Source: Candidatus Harrisonbacteria bacterium
Lineage (GTDB): Bacteria; Patescibacteriota; Minisyncoccia; UBA6257; WO2-44-18
DNA: 64,000 bases
Assembly: GCA_016182295.1 (NCBI GenBank)
Contig: JACOXP010000006.1
Span: 9,298-73,297 of the forward strand
Reading direction: 5' to 3'
The position numbers and the translations under genes were made by a program. Every line of letters starts with the position of its first letter. Within the stretch, counting starts at the first letter, position 1. Below the pieces are notes generated by a model, which was not told the origin of the DNA, ran no database searches, and saw nothing but the letters and a program-made list of their open reading frames with translations. This document shows, in pieces, positions 1 to 9,693 of this stretch.

Positions 1-19
1 CCGTCACCCGAGCCGATGG

Positions 20-1120
20 ATGATCGTCGGATCATTTGGAGCTTCGATCTTGGCAGGATTGGGAGGAGAGAGAATTCTTGCGCGGGTTAAGGAAAAAGTT
101 AAAATTTCTGACCGAAAATGGTTGTTGATCGTTGCTCTTGTGATAATCTCAATCGTTATTGATTACAGAATCGTGTGGCAAAAAAAGTTTGCCATAGAAA
201 GTCCCAAAGCCGAGTTTTTGATTAACAATTCTTCGCCCAAACAATTAAAAGAATTAATTCAAACAAGAGAAGCGGGAAGAGTTCTTTCCGTTTTGCCCGA
301 TGACAGCGTGTCGGTTTTTTATTGGGCCTTAACAGGACAGGGTCCACCGAGAGACGCTGATTTGAAAGCAAAAATTGACGCGGCTTATCTTCACCCCAAT
401 GATCAGTTGTTTTATGGAATAGAGACGATTGAATTGACCGATAATTTGCCGCTTCGCATGGGTCGTTATCTCTCTCTTGTCGGGGCAAGAATTTCTGGGG
501 GCGATTATGGCGAGAGTAATTTGATAAAATATCCGGGAATGCCAATAGATCGGCTGTCTTTACTGAAGCAACGATCCAGTCTGCTTAATTTTCTCGGCGT
601 GCGTTACCTGCTTTCCGGTTTTGATTTGCGTGAAGTTGGATTCGATTATCAGAACCTTGGAAGAGTTCGGGTCGAAGGAGTGAAAGAAGCGGGTTACGCT
701 TTTGGTGTAAATGTTTATGAAAATACCGGCGCCAAACCTCTGGCTTATTTTTCTAAAATCACCGATTTTACTCAGAACGCGGACCAATCTTACGACACTT
801 TTAAAGCGAATGATTTTCGGGGAGTTTTTGTTGAATGCGCAGATTGCGGCAGTATTACCGAAGCTGGCGGCAAAATAGAAATTTTGGAAAAGACGAACGG
901 ACGAGCGATTTTACATTCCGAGTCCGATGGAGTTAGATTTCTGATTTTTTCTCAAAATTATATTCCCGGTTGGGGCGCTTGGATTGATAGCGTAGAAACA
1001 GAAATTTTTAGAGTGAACGCCGCTTTTATGGGAATTTTTGTACCCACCGGCGAGCATAAAATTAGATTCGATTTCAGATATAGCGAGCTTTTAAACCCAA
1101 AATTTTATTTTAATGAATAA
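20..1120 (+). CDS. C-terminal part of a membrane protein, YfhO-like GT-C candidate; may extend upstream of the window
   Basis: ORF starts 19 nt from the window edge. An N-terminal TM helix is followed by a large soluble domain whose C-terminus (NYIPGWGAWIDS...HKIRFDF) resembles YfhO-type membrane glycosyltransferase tails. A GT2 gene follows immediately. Confidence 0.4.
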   Translation: MIVGSFGASILAGLGGERILARVKEKVKISDRKWLLIVALVIISIVIDYRIVWQKKFAIESPKAEFLINNSSPKQLKELIQTREAGRVLSVLPDDSVSVFYWALTGQGPPRDADLKAKIDAAYLHPNDQLFYGIETIELTDNLPLRMGRYLSLVGARISGGDYGESNLIKYPGMPIDRLSLLKQRSSLLNFLGVRYLLSGFDLREVGFDYQNLGRVRVEGVKEAGYAFGVNVYENTGAKPLAYFSKITDFTQNADQSYDTFKANDFRGVFVECADCGSITEAGGKIEILEKTNGRAILHSESDGVRFLIFSQNYIPGWGAWIDSVETEIFRVNAAFMGIFVPTGEHKIRFDFRYSELLNPKFYFNE

Positions 1121-1838
1121 ACATTCCATCACTGTTCTTATTTCAGCGTTTAACGAAGAGCAGACGATCGCGGAAGCTATTTTGAAAACTGATGAAGCGT
1201 TGAGAAAGCATGTGATTGATTATGAGATCATTGTTTTTGATGATGGTAGCCGCGATGCTACCGGGAAAATAGCCGAGGACTTGGCTAAGAATAATAATCG
1301 GCTTAGAGTGGTGCGCAATAAAACCAATAAGAATCTTGGTTATAACTTGAGAATGGGCGTGTCTTTAGCTGGCAAAGAATATTGTATGGCTTTTGTTAAT
1401 GCCGACAGCTATCCGCTGGAAGAATCATTTCGCCAGTTTTTTTCAGTTTATGGCGAGAAAGATTTTGTATTAGGTTACTCCGTTAATTATGGAGACCGTC
1501 CTTGGCTGCGAAGGTTCCTCTCCTGGTTGTTTGTGAAAATTATGAATTTTTTGTTTGGTTTTAGGATTAAATATTATAACGGCCCCGTTATTATTAAAAC
1601 CGCATTATGGCGGACGGTGCCGATGACTATCGAAAGTTTCGCCTACATGGCTGAAGTAACCGCGACTCTTTTAAAAAGGGGCATAAAATATGACGAAGCG
1701 CAGATATTTTATATGCCGGAGCGTAAAGGCTTGAATATTTCGGTCTTGCGGCGTAATATTTGGGGTGTGGCTAAAGCGATTGCTTTAATGTTCTGGCGTC
1801 TGAATATAAAGCGTCAGCTTTACGTAAAACCAAAGTAG
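1113..1838 (+). CDS. Family 2 glycosyltransferase (GT-A fold)
   Basis: N-terminal VLISAFNEE...FDDGSRDATG is the classic GT2 nucleotide-sugar binding / DxD region. Start overlaps the upstream ORF stop. Confidence 0.8.
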   Translation: MNKHSITVLISAFNEEQTIAEAILKTDEALRKHVIDYEIIVFDDGSRDATGKIAEDLAKNNNRLRVVRNKTNKNLGYNLRMGVSLAGKEYCMAFVNADSYPLEESFRQFFSVYGEKDFVLGYSVNYGDRPWLRRFLSWLFVKIMNFLFGFRIKYYNGPVIIKTALWRTVPMTIESFAYMAEVTATLLKRGIKYDEAQIFYMPERKGLNISVLRRNIWGVAKAIALMFWRLNIKRQLYVKPK

Positions 1839-1854
1839 TCTACGGATTTCATTT

Positions 1855-2739
1855 ATGAATAAAACGGAGAGGGATTTCTTGAAAAATAAGAAAGTTTTGA
1901 TTGTCGGCGCGGCTGGTTCAATCGGTGGCGCGCTTTCCCGACGGGTGGCGGAATTTAAACCAAAATCACTGACGATTTTAGATCAAAATGAAAGTGAGTT
2001 GTTTTGGATTTGGGAAGAAACCAAAGAGACCTGCAAGACTAATATGGTGATTGCCGATATTCGAAATAGAGAGCGTATTGAAGAAATCTTTTTAAACTAT
2101 CGTCCGGATATAGTTTATCATTGCGCCGCCTACAAACACGTGATCTTAATGGAAATGTGGCCGCAAGAAGCCCATCGGACGAACGTTCACGGCACTCAAG
2201 TTATTGTGGATGCCGCTCTTAAATCGGGGGTTGATAAAGTAGTTTTTATCTCCACCGACAAAGCGGTAAACCCCACTTCCGTTATGGGAATGACCAAAAA
2301 AGAAGGGGAAAAAATTTGCCTCAACGCGAATAAATTAAAAAAAACTAAATTTATCGTAGTTCGTTTTGGCAATGTGATGGCTTCGCGGGGAAGTGTAATT
2401 CCAATATTTCAAAAACAAATTAACGAAGGCAAGCACCTCACGGTAACGGATCAGCGAATGGAGCGATATTTTATGGGAATTTATGAAGCGGTGGATCTTG
2501 TATTGGAGGCTTCCATGATTGGCAAAGCCGGAGACATCATGGTATTGGATATGGGCAACCCCATGCCCATTTATGAGTTGGCCAACTTGATGGTTAAACT
2601 TTCCGGGAAAAATCTTAGAGTGAATTTTACTAAAGCGGGCAAGGGAGAAAAGTTTTTTGAGGAATTGATGACTCCCGCCGAGAGAAAACGGGCTATCAAA
2701 AGAAACGGAATATATATTATTCGCTCGAAATCTCGATAA
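1855..2739 (+). CDS. CapD/PseB/FlaA1-like NAD(P)-dependent sugar 4,6-dehydratase (polysaccharide biosynthesis protein)
   Basis: Rossmann motif VLIVGAAGSIGGAL; characteristic FISTDKAVNPTSVMGMTKK motif of the CapD/FlaA1 family. Confidence 0.7.
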   Translation: MNKTERDFLKNKKVLIVGAAGSIGGALSRRVAEFKPKSLTILDQNESELFWIWEETKETCKTNMVIADIRNRERIEEIFLNYRPDIVYHCAAYKHVILMEMWPQEAHRTNVHGTQVIVDAALKSGVDKVVFISTDKAVNPTSVMGMTKKEGEKICLNANKLKKTKFIVVRFGNVMASRGSVIPIFQKQINEGKHLTVTDQRMERYFMGIYEAVDLVLEASMIGKAGDIMVLDMGNPMPIYELANLMVKLSGKNLRVNFTKAGKGEKFFEELMTPAERKRAIKRNGIYIIRSKSR

Positions 2740-2743
2740 AATT

Positions 2744-3700
2744 ATGCCAATAGCCACGCCAGTTTTGATTACTGGAGCCAGCGGTTTCGTTGGCGCTAAT
2801 TTGTTGCGGAGATTGGTAAATAATGGATTGGAGAAAAAAACCAACATTATTTTAAGAAAGAACTCCGACCCCTGGAGGATAAAAGATGTTTTAAAGAAAG
2901 CGCCTACCCACATCGTTGACTTGCGAAACGAAGAGGCCACCAGGGCATTGTTAAAAAAAATTAAACCCAAAACAATTTTTCATCTAGCCACTCACGGCGC
3001 TTACCCGCGCCAGCAATTTGAAGAAAAAGAAATAATGGAAACCAATATTACCTGCGCTTTTAATTTGATGAATAGCGCCGCGCGGACCGGCGTTAAATCG
3101 TTCATCAACACTGGAACTTCTTCAGAATACGGAATTAATAAAATGGCCATGCGCGAACAGGATCGTTTAAGTCCCGTTACCGCTTACGGCGCGAGTAAGG
3201 CCTGGGCCACGCTTTATGGAAATTATTTGGCCAATGACAAAAAATTCCCCGTAACTACATTGCGACTTTTTGGCGTGTACGGATATTACGAACCCCGCGG
3301 CAGGTTGATACCGAATATCATATTATCTTTTTTAGAAAATTCTCGACCAAAACTGACTAATCCGAAATTTATTCGAGATTTTGTTTTTATTGAAGATGTC
3401 GTTGACGCGTACATTATGGCCGCTGAAAGGAACATAGCCGGTTCTATTTTAAATGTAGGATCGGGAAGAAAAACGTCGCTTCAGGAGGTTTTTACTGTTA
3501 TAAAAGAAATTATGAACAGCGACGTTCGGCCAATTTTAGAGAAATCGAAAACCGGCATACCTGATATAAATAGGCGCGTTGCCGATGTGCAATTGGCTAA
3601 AAAGACTTTAAAATGGAAACCAAAGACGAATTTGCGCGATGGCTTGCGAAAGACCGTTAATTGGTTTAAAGATAACTTAGATTTATATGAACATCATTAA
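2744..3700 (+). CDS. NAD-dependent sugar epimerase/dehydratase (SDR family)
   Basis: VLITGASGFVGANLLRRL glycine-rich NAD motif; YGASK catalytic YxxxK; length typical of extended SDR sugar epimerases. Confidence 0.8.
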   Translation: MPIATPVLITGASGFVGANLLRRLVNNGLEKKTNIILRKNSDPWRIKDVLKKAPTHIVDLRNEEATRALLKKIKPKTIFHLATHGAYPRQQFEEKEIMETNITCAFNLMNSAARTGVKSFINTGTSSEYGINKMAMREQDRLSPVTAYGASKAWATLYGNYLANDKKFPVTTLRLFGVYGYYEPRGRLIPNIILSFLENSRPKLTNPKFIRDFVFIEDVVDAYIMAAERNIAGSILNVGSGRKTSLQEVFTVIKEIMNSDVRPILEKSKTGIPDINRRVADVQLAKKTLKWKPKTNLRDGLRKTVNWFKDNLDLYEHH

Positions 3701-4496
3701 GCTTAAAGAAATAGCTAAACAGATAAGACGCGACATTGTTACGATGACTGGAACAGCCCGCGTGGCTCATTCTGGTAGCGCTCTTTCGGCGGTTGACGCG
3801 CTTACGGCGCTCTATTTCAACTTTATGAAACTGAACCCGAAAAAACCAAATTGGCCGGGTCGGGACCGGTTTATTCTAAGCAAGGGCCACGCGGCCACGG
3901 CCTTATATGCCGCTTTGGCCAATCGGGGATTTTTTAAAAAAGAGAAATTAAAAACTTTCGCCCAAAACGGCAGTCATTTGACCTGCCATCCCAGTATTCA
4001 AAATGTGCCCGGGGTTGAGGCCACTACCGGCGCGCTGGGACACGGACTTTCAATTGGCGTTGGCATGGCTTTGGCGGGTAAGCGGGATAATAATAAACAC
4101 AATATTTACGTAATGATTTCCGACGGTGAATGCGATGAAGGTTCTGTTTGGGAGGCGGTGCTTTTTGCCGGCCATCACAAATTAAATAATCTTACGATTA
4201 TTGTTGATTACAATAAAATTCAGAGTTTCGGTCGAACCGCGGAAGTTTTGGATTTAGAGCCGCTAACCGAAAAATTCAAAGCTTTTAATTGGTGGACTAA
4301 GGAAGTTGACGGGCATAATTTAGGCGAACTTCTGTCAGTTTTAAAAGAAGCGAAAAAAATTAAAAACCAGCCGCAATGCTTAATCGCCCATACCGTAAAG
4401 GGGAAAGGTGTTTCTTTTATGGAGGATAGATTAGAATGGCATTATTGGTCGCCCAGCGGCGATTTGTTAAAAAAGGCGTTGGAGGAGCTTGCTTAA
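3687..4496 (+). CDS. Transketolase, N-terminal (thiamine-diphosphate binding) subunit
   Basis: SKGHAATALYAALA, HLTCHPS, GALGHGLSIGVGMA motifs of the TPP-binding half of split transketolases. Confidence 0.85.
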   Translation: MNIIKLKEIAKQIRRDIVTMTGTARVAHSGSALSAVDALTALYFNFMKLNPKKPNWPGRDRFILSKGHAATALYAALANRGFFKKEKLKTFAQNGSHLTCHPSIQNVPGVEATTGALGHGLSIGVGMALAGKRDNNKHNIYVMISDGECDEGSVWEAVLFAGHHKLNNLTIIVDYNKIQSFGRTAEVLDLEPLTEKFKAFNWWTKEVDGHNLGELLSVLKEAKKIKNQPQCLIAHTVKGKGVSFMEDRLEWHYWSPSGDLLKKALEELA

Positions 4497-4504
4497 AAAT
4501 TGAC

Positions 4505-5329
4505 ATGGAAAAATTTGATCCAATAAAAAATTTCAAAGAAGAAGAACAGGGAACTTTTTGGGACGAATATTCTAAAAATTTTATTTCGATTGAAGCGGCG
4601 CAAAGCACAAAATCTCTTTTAAGAGGTGAAATTAGATTGTGCGGAGATTTCTTAAGATCATCCGATCGATCAAACAAAGGAAAAATTTTGAAGTTGGATT
4701 TATGGAACGAAGCTCATCACACCGCGATTCTTACCTACATTCACCATTTTTACGACGAAGTTCATGCTATTGATATATCGCCGGACGTTGTTCGACAGGC
4801 GCTGAAAAAATTGGAAGAGAAAAATATAAAAGTTAAAGCGGTTATCGGCGATATGCGAAAGATGCCCTATCCGGACAATTCTTTTGACTATGTATACACG
4901 ATGGGCACCATTGAGCATATTCCGAGGCCACAGGACGCCATGGAAGAAATATTCAGAGTGCTGAAGCCGGGTGGGCGGGCGGTAATCGGTGTTCCCAATA
5001 AATATGAATGGTTTGGAAAATCTTTAATTTTGGACTTTTTTGCTCTTACCGGCATCAAGGAAGACGGCTACGAACATAGCTACGGTTGGCGGCAATTCAC
5101 TCGTGAGCTTGAAGATTCTGGATTGAGAGTTTTGCGCAAAACCGGCGCTTACTTTATGCCCTGGTTTATCCGGGCCGCCGATTGGTTCTTAGCTCAACGT
5201 TTGCCGAAAGCGGCAATCGTTTTATGGCCTTTCATAAAATTCTCCGACTATTTAAGCAATTCCAACTTCTTCCTTAAGCACGGCAGTGTTGTCGTGGCGG
5301 TTGTAGAGAAACCCCACCATGCGAGATAG
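4505..5329 (+). CDS. Class I SAM-dependent methyltransferase
   Basis: ILKLDLWNEAHHT...VLKPGGRAVIGVP (Methyltransf_11-like motifs I and post-I). Start chosen at MEKFD just after the transketolase stop; the tabulated longer ORF overlaps upstream. Confidence 0.7.
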   Translation: MEKFDPIKNFKEEEQGTFWDEYSKNFISIEAAQSTKSLLRGEIRLCGDFLRSSDRSNKGKILKLDLWNEAHHTAILTYIHHFYDEVHAIDISPDVVRQALKKLEEKNIKVKAVIGDMRKMPYPDNSFDYVYTMGTIEHIPRPQDAMEEIFRVLKPGGRAVIGVPNKYEWFGKSLILDFFALTGIKEDGYEHSYGWRQFTRELEDSGLRVLRKTGAYFMPWFIRAADWFLAQRLPKAAIVLWPFIKFSDYLSNSNFFLKHGSVVVAVVEKPHHAR

Positions 5330-6626
5330 CCAAGAAATAAAAAAAATTGCCGATCAGTATGGCACCCCTACCTTTATTGCTTGGAAAAACGTCATTATTG
5401 AGAATGTCAGGAGATTTCGGGAAGTTCTATGCCAATATCGAGGCGGTTCAACCTTGTGTTATTCGGCCAAGACCAATCCCCAGGTGGCAATTTTAAAAAT
5501 GATGGCCGAACAGGGAATATCCGCCGCCGTCTGTTCTGTTTTGGATACAACCGCTGCGTTCAGAGCGGGATTTTCTGGAGAAAGAATGATCTACGTCGGA
5601 TTAGTTAAAACGGATGAGGGTTTGGAGATCGCCGTTAAAAATAATTTTCGAATAATTAACGTTGAGTCTTATGACGAAGTTACGCGTTTGGCAAAAATTG
5701 CCGAGAAGCACAACAAAAAAGTTCCAGTGGGTATTCGACTTTCCTTTCCGTCCAAAACAGGCATTAAATCTCTATTGGGAGTCACGTATGACCGTTTTGG
5801 GGCAAGCGTTAAAAGTGGAGAAGCGCGGTCAATAGCCGAATTTATTGTTAAAAATCCCCATTTAGTTCTCGAGGGACTTCATTGCCATACCGGATCCAAC
5901 CAAACAAACGAAAAAAACTATCTGATAGGTATTAATCACTTGGTTGATTTCATGAGGTATTTAAAAGAAAAGCACAATGTTTCGATATCGATTTTGAACA
6001 TCGGCGGCGGAATAGGCGTCCCGACCATCAGGGCTTATTCGTTGGTAAATCTTGGCGTGAATTTTCTAAAAAACATGATTGGCCGGCCACTTCGCCACGT
6101 CAGTAACCTCCAATTTAGTCTTCCGGCAATGATGAAAAGAATTATCGATCATTTACATCAGACCTTGGATCGTCACAATCTTTCCCATCCCCATCTTATG
6201 ATGGAACCAGGAAGAGCGCTCGTCGGAGATGGGATAGATCTGGTAACGCGGATAGTCAACGAAAAAAGGACGGAGATTCGCAAGTGGTACATGATCGATG
6301 GGGGCACCAATCTCCTTCCCGCCCTTACCCTATTTTCAGAATCCCATGATATAACGGTGATAACTGATAATCGGGATTCCACTATGGAAAAACTTTCCGT
6401 CGCGGGGCCGCTTTTATACTCGGCTGACATAGTGGCGACCAACAGATTTTTACCAAAAGCGAGGATTGGCGATCTGATTGTGGTGCATGACGTTGGCGCG
6501 TATTGCGGCAGTCAGTCAAACCAGTTTCTTTACCCGAGAGCGGCAACCATATTGGTAAGTGGAAATACTTCAACCGTTATACAAAAACGGGAGTCGGTTG
6601 AAGACGTATTATCAAGGGATTTATGA
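5319..6626 (+). CDS. PLP-dependent decarboxylase, Orn/DAP/Arg decarboxylase family (fold type III)
   Basis: YSAKTNP (PLP-lysine region), HCHTGSNQ and a C-terminal beta-domain resembling diaminopimelate/ornithine decarboxylases. Confidence 0.75.
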   Translation: MRDSQEIKKIADQYGTPTFIAWKNVIIENVRRFREVLCQYRGGSTLCYSAKTNPQVAILKMMAEQGISAAVCSVLDTTAAFRAGFSGERMIYVGLVKTDEGLEIAVKNNFRIINVESYDEVTRLAKIAEKHNKKVPVGIRLSFPSKTGIKSLLGVTYDRFGASVKSGEARSIAEFIVKNPHLVLEGLHCHTGSNQTNEKNYLIGINHLVDFMRYLKEKHNVSISILNIGGGIGVPTIRAYSLVNLGVNFLKNMIGRPLRHVSNLQFSLPAMMKRIIDHLHQTLDRHNLSHPHLMMEPGRALVGDGIDLVTRIVNEKRTEIRKWYMIDGGTNLLPALTLFSESHDITVITDNRDSTMEKLSVAGPLLYSADIVATNRFLPKARIGDLIVVHDVGAYCGSQSNQFLYPRAATILVSGNTSTVIQKRESVEDVLSRDL

Positions 6627-7603
6627 AAAAAGTTCTCATTACCGGGGCAACCGGATTTATCGGAGGCGCGTTGGTTAAACGTCTTTTAAAAAATAAAAAT
6701 TACAAAATAATTTGCTTGGTGCGGGATTTGAGCAAAGCGGCCAAGCTTAAGGAATTGGGGGCCGAACTTGTTAAATGGGATATGACGGATTCCCAAAACG
6801 TTGAAGATGCTATGCGTAATGCATCGATAGTAATTCATCTGGCGGCGGTTTTGGCGAATAAACACGCGTCCAAAACGGAAATGCGCGCCGTTAACGTTGA
6901 TGGAACAAGAAACATTTTGAAAATTGCTAAACTAATCGGCGCGAAACAGTTTATTTTTTTAAGTTCGGCGCTTTTAAGCTGGCACAGGAGTATTGATTGC
7001 CCCAATGAAGAATCGCCGGTTCTTCCGACTACCGAATACGAAAAGACAAAATTAGAGGCGGAGCGTTTGGTCAAATCCGCTTCTTCTTCGGAGTTTCAAA
7101 CCACGGTAATGAGACCCGGAGTTGTTTACGGTCCCGGAGGCATCGGCTTTTCTCCATTATTCAAAGCTGTTAAAACGGGGAAGTTTTTCTATGTAAATAA
7201 TGGTTCTCACATTTTTGAGCTGACTTTTATTGATGATCTGATTGATGTTATTCTAGCCACCATCGGCAATAACAGCGCCTACGGAGAGACTTTTATTATT
7301 TCCGAACAAAATCCCAAGACCTTTCGGGAATTTACGGAACAAATCGCTAGAACTATCGGGGTGACTCCGCCCAAGCTTAGCATCCCGGCCCCTGTTTTTA
7401 AAATCGCCTGGATGTTTTTATATCCGCTTGAGCTTTTAGGTCTCCCGATTCCGATCAGCGAAAGCACTTTTAAGACCCTTACTTTGCGCCGCGTTTTCGA
7501 TACCACTAAAGCAAAAAAGATGTTAAATTATACAGCGCGAATTTCATTGGAAGAGGGCGTTAAGCAATCAGTCGATTACTATAAAAATATCGGAATTTTA
7601 TGA
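6623..7603 (+). CDS. NAD-dependent sugar epimerase/dehydratase (SDR family)
   Basis: VLITGATGFIGGALVKRL NAD motif; YEKTK catalytic YxxxK. Confidence 0.8.
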   Translation: MKKVLITGATGFIGGALVKRLLKNKNYKIICLVRDLSKAAKLKELGAELVKWDMTDSQNVEDAMRNASIVIHLAAVLANKHASKTEMRAVNVDGTRNILKIAKLIGAKQFIFLSSALLSWHRSIDCPNEESPVLPTTEYEKTKLEAERLVKSASSSEFQTTVMRPGVVYGPGGIGFSPLFKAVKTGKFFYVNNGSHIFELTFIDDLIDVILATIGNNSAYGETFIISEQNPKTFREFTEQIARTIGVTPPKLSIPAPVFKIAWMFLYPLELLGLPIPISESTFKTLTLRRVFDTTKAKKMLNYTARISLEEGVKQSVDYYKNIGIL

Positions 7604-8517
7604 GAAAAGCGTTTATAGATACTCTTTTTGAATTGGCGAGAAAGGACAAAAATATTTTTCTGTTGAATGCAGATTTAGGCTTTTCGGTTTTAGAAAAATT
7701 TAATCAAGCTTACCCCAAACGAGCTATTAACATGGGCATAGCAGAAGCCAATTCTATAGGAACGGCTGCTGGTTTGGCGTTATCCGGAAAAACAGTTTTT
7801 GTTTATTCAATTATTCCTTTTGTGACTTTCCGTGTTCTGGAGCAGATCCGTAATGACGTGGCTATGCAGGAAGCCAATGTTAAAATAGTCGGCATCGGTA
7901 GCGGTTGGAGTTACGGTTCCTTAGGCGCCACCCACCATGCTATAGAAGATATCGCCGTTCTTCGTTCAATACCGGGCATGCGAATTGTCTGTCCGGGTGA
8001 TCCGATAGAAGCGGCAGCGGCCACTAAAGCCATTACCAAAACCAAAGGGCCGTTTTATTTTCGTCTTAACAAAGCGGGAGATCCGATTGTCCATAAAACC
8101 ATTCCAAAATTCCGGATTGGCGAAGCAATTCAAGTTCGGCCCGGAAAGGATCTGACGATCATCACCACCGGCAATGCTCTACCCGGCGGCGCGATCGTCA
8201 GTGACATTTTGTCCGAAGATGGATTAAGCGTTCGATTGATTTCCATGCATACAATTAAACCACTGGACGAAGCCACCGTTAAAAAAGCGGCCAAGGAAAC
8301 CAAGGCAATTTTTACTTTAGAAGATCATAATATTCTTGGAGGATTGGGCAGCGCGGTCGCGGAAATTTTGGCGGAAAATCGATTCGGCGGAGTGTTCCAT
8401 CGCTTTGGCGCGAAAGACGCTTTCACTCATATTGCCGGCCCCCACGATTTTTTGCGGGAGCATCATGGGCTTTCTCCTAAAAATATTGCTAGAGTTATCA
8501 GGCGGAAAATCGCATGA
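7600..8517 (+). CDS. Transketolase, C-terminal (pyrimidine-binding) subunit
   Basis: NMGIAEANSIGTAAGLALSGK motif and C-terminal transketolase domain. Pairs with the N-terminal subunit at 3687-4496. Confidence 0.85.
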   Translation: MRKAFIDTLFELARKDKNIFLLNADLGFSVLEKFNQAYPKRAINMGIAEANSIGTAAGLALSGKTVFVYSIIPFVTFRVLEQIRNDVAMQEANVKIVGIGSGWSYGSLGATHHAIEDIAVLRSIPGMRIVCPGDPIEAAAATKAITKTKGPFYFRLNKAGDPIVHKTIPKFRIGEAIQVRPGKDLTIITTGNALPGGAIVSDILSEDGLSVRLISMHTIKPLDEATVKKAAKETKAIFTLEDHNILGGLGSAVAEILAENRFGGVFHRFGAKDAFTHIAGPHDFLREHHGLSPKNIARVIRRKIA

Positions 8518-9692
8518 AATTATCCGGCTTCAGAATCGGAGATTTTTTGGAATTGCGCGGCTGGAAGCTATTGGAAATCTCTAAGGAAATTCCTTTAATA
8601 ATAAATTTCAATTGTCCGGCGGACGACGGACAGCTGAAAACCATCGCTACCCTGGTCGGCAATTCCGGAAGACAAATACGTATTGGCTGCTGTCCAAACT
8701 GCGGTTATATCGGTTACATAGACAAATTGAGCAAAGATTGGATCAATCGTTTTTATTTGGAAACCTGGGATGATGCCGTAAATCAAGATGTTCAAAAAAA
8801 AGCTCAGAAACTCAAAGAAAAATTAAAAACCGGCTACAGCGGGAAAGAACAGCTTGCTATCTCCGCCATCAAAACTTTGAATATTGATAAAAGCCGTTAT
8901 GTATGCGAGATAGGATGCGGATTCGGCAAATCTTTAAATCAGCTTCGCCGATTGGGCTTTGAAAAATTGGTAGGAATTGAAAATTCTTCTCATCGCGCGG
9001 CAATTGCCGCCAAAGCTTATGGTTTGAAAACTATAGCCGCTCCTTTTGACGAAGCGGCAAAGAATTCGGAGCTTAGCAAACTGGCTCCTTTTAGCCTGAT
9101 TTATTCTCATCACGTTCTTGAGCATGTTTATAATCCGGCGGAGATGATTAGGATCGCTTCTGAATTACAGAAAGAAGAAGATTATCTCGTTACCGTTATC
9201 CCTAATTTTATTGGCGAGCCCTCGGTGGGTGTTCTTGGTTTCTTTCCGCATCTCCATTCTTTCACGGAAACCGCGCTCACCGGTCTTTTAAGGCGTTACG
9301 GATATAAAGTAATAAACAGATCTCTTACTAATGATAGAGAGATCTGTGTTGTCGCTCAAAAAACGCGAAAGGCGATCGCGGCAACGGTTTTGAGGGGAGC
9401 TTATAATCTGGCTTTGGAAAAACTTAAACGCGGATTGGCGTTAGACGGAAATCACATTTCTTTTCCGGCTAGATTTTGGTGGTACGCGAAAAAATCAGAT
9501 CAAGGCGGCTGGAAGAAATACTTTAAGAACCGGTTCTTGGATAAAATTTATTGGAAACTAGCTTCTTTTGGGAGAAAATATAAAGGAACCAGAGTTTTGG
9601 TTGTTGAAAATCTCAATGGTCGCTATAATTCGGAACAAGCTTCGCCTATTGAGATTCAATTTAATGGGGAGATAAAATTATTTTATAAATAA
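8514..9692 (+). CDS. SAM-dependent methyltransferase with N-terminal zinc ribbon (TylC3-like sugar C-methyltransferase candidate)
   Basis: Cys4 ribbon (CPADDG...CCPNCGY) followed by class I MT motif CEIGCGFGKSL and a long C-terminal domain. The architecture matches sugar C-methyltransferases. Confidence 0.6.
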   Translation: MKLSGFRIGDFLELRGWKLLEISKEIPLIINFNCPADDGQLKTIATLVGNSGRQIRIGCCPNCGYIGYIDKLSKDWINRFYLETWDDAVNQDVQKKAQKLKEKLKTGYSGKEQLAISAIKTLNIDKSRYVCEIGCGFGKSLNQLRRLGFEKLVGIENSSHRAAIAAKAYGLKTIAAPFDEAAKNSELSKLAPFSLIYSHHVLEHVYNPAEMIRIASELQKEEDYLVTVIPNFIGEPSVGVLGFFPHLHSFTETALTGLLRRYGYKVINRSLTNDREICVVAQKTRKAIAATVLRGAYNLALEKLKRGLALDGNHISFPARFWWYAKKSDQGGWKKYFKNRFLDKIYWKLASFGRKYKGTRVLVVENLNGRYNSEQASPIEIQFNGEIKLFYK

Positions 9693-9693
9693 A

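Noticed and set aside
2335-2970. 211-aa minus-strand ORF inside the CapD-like and epimerase genes
   Set aside because: Antisense to two well-supported CDSs; low-complexity translation with no motifs.
8336-8584. 82-aa + strand ORF overlapping the end of the transketolase C subunit and the start of the methyltransferase
   Set aside because: Out-of-frame overlap of two supported genes; no motif support.
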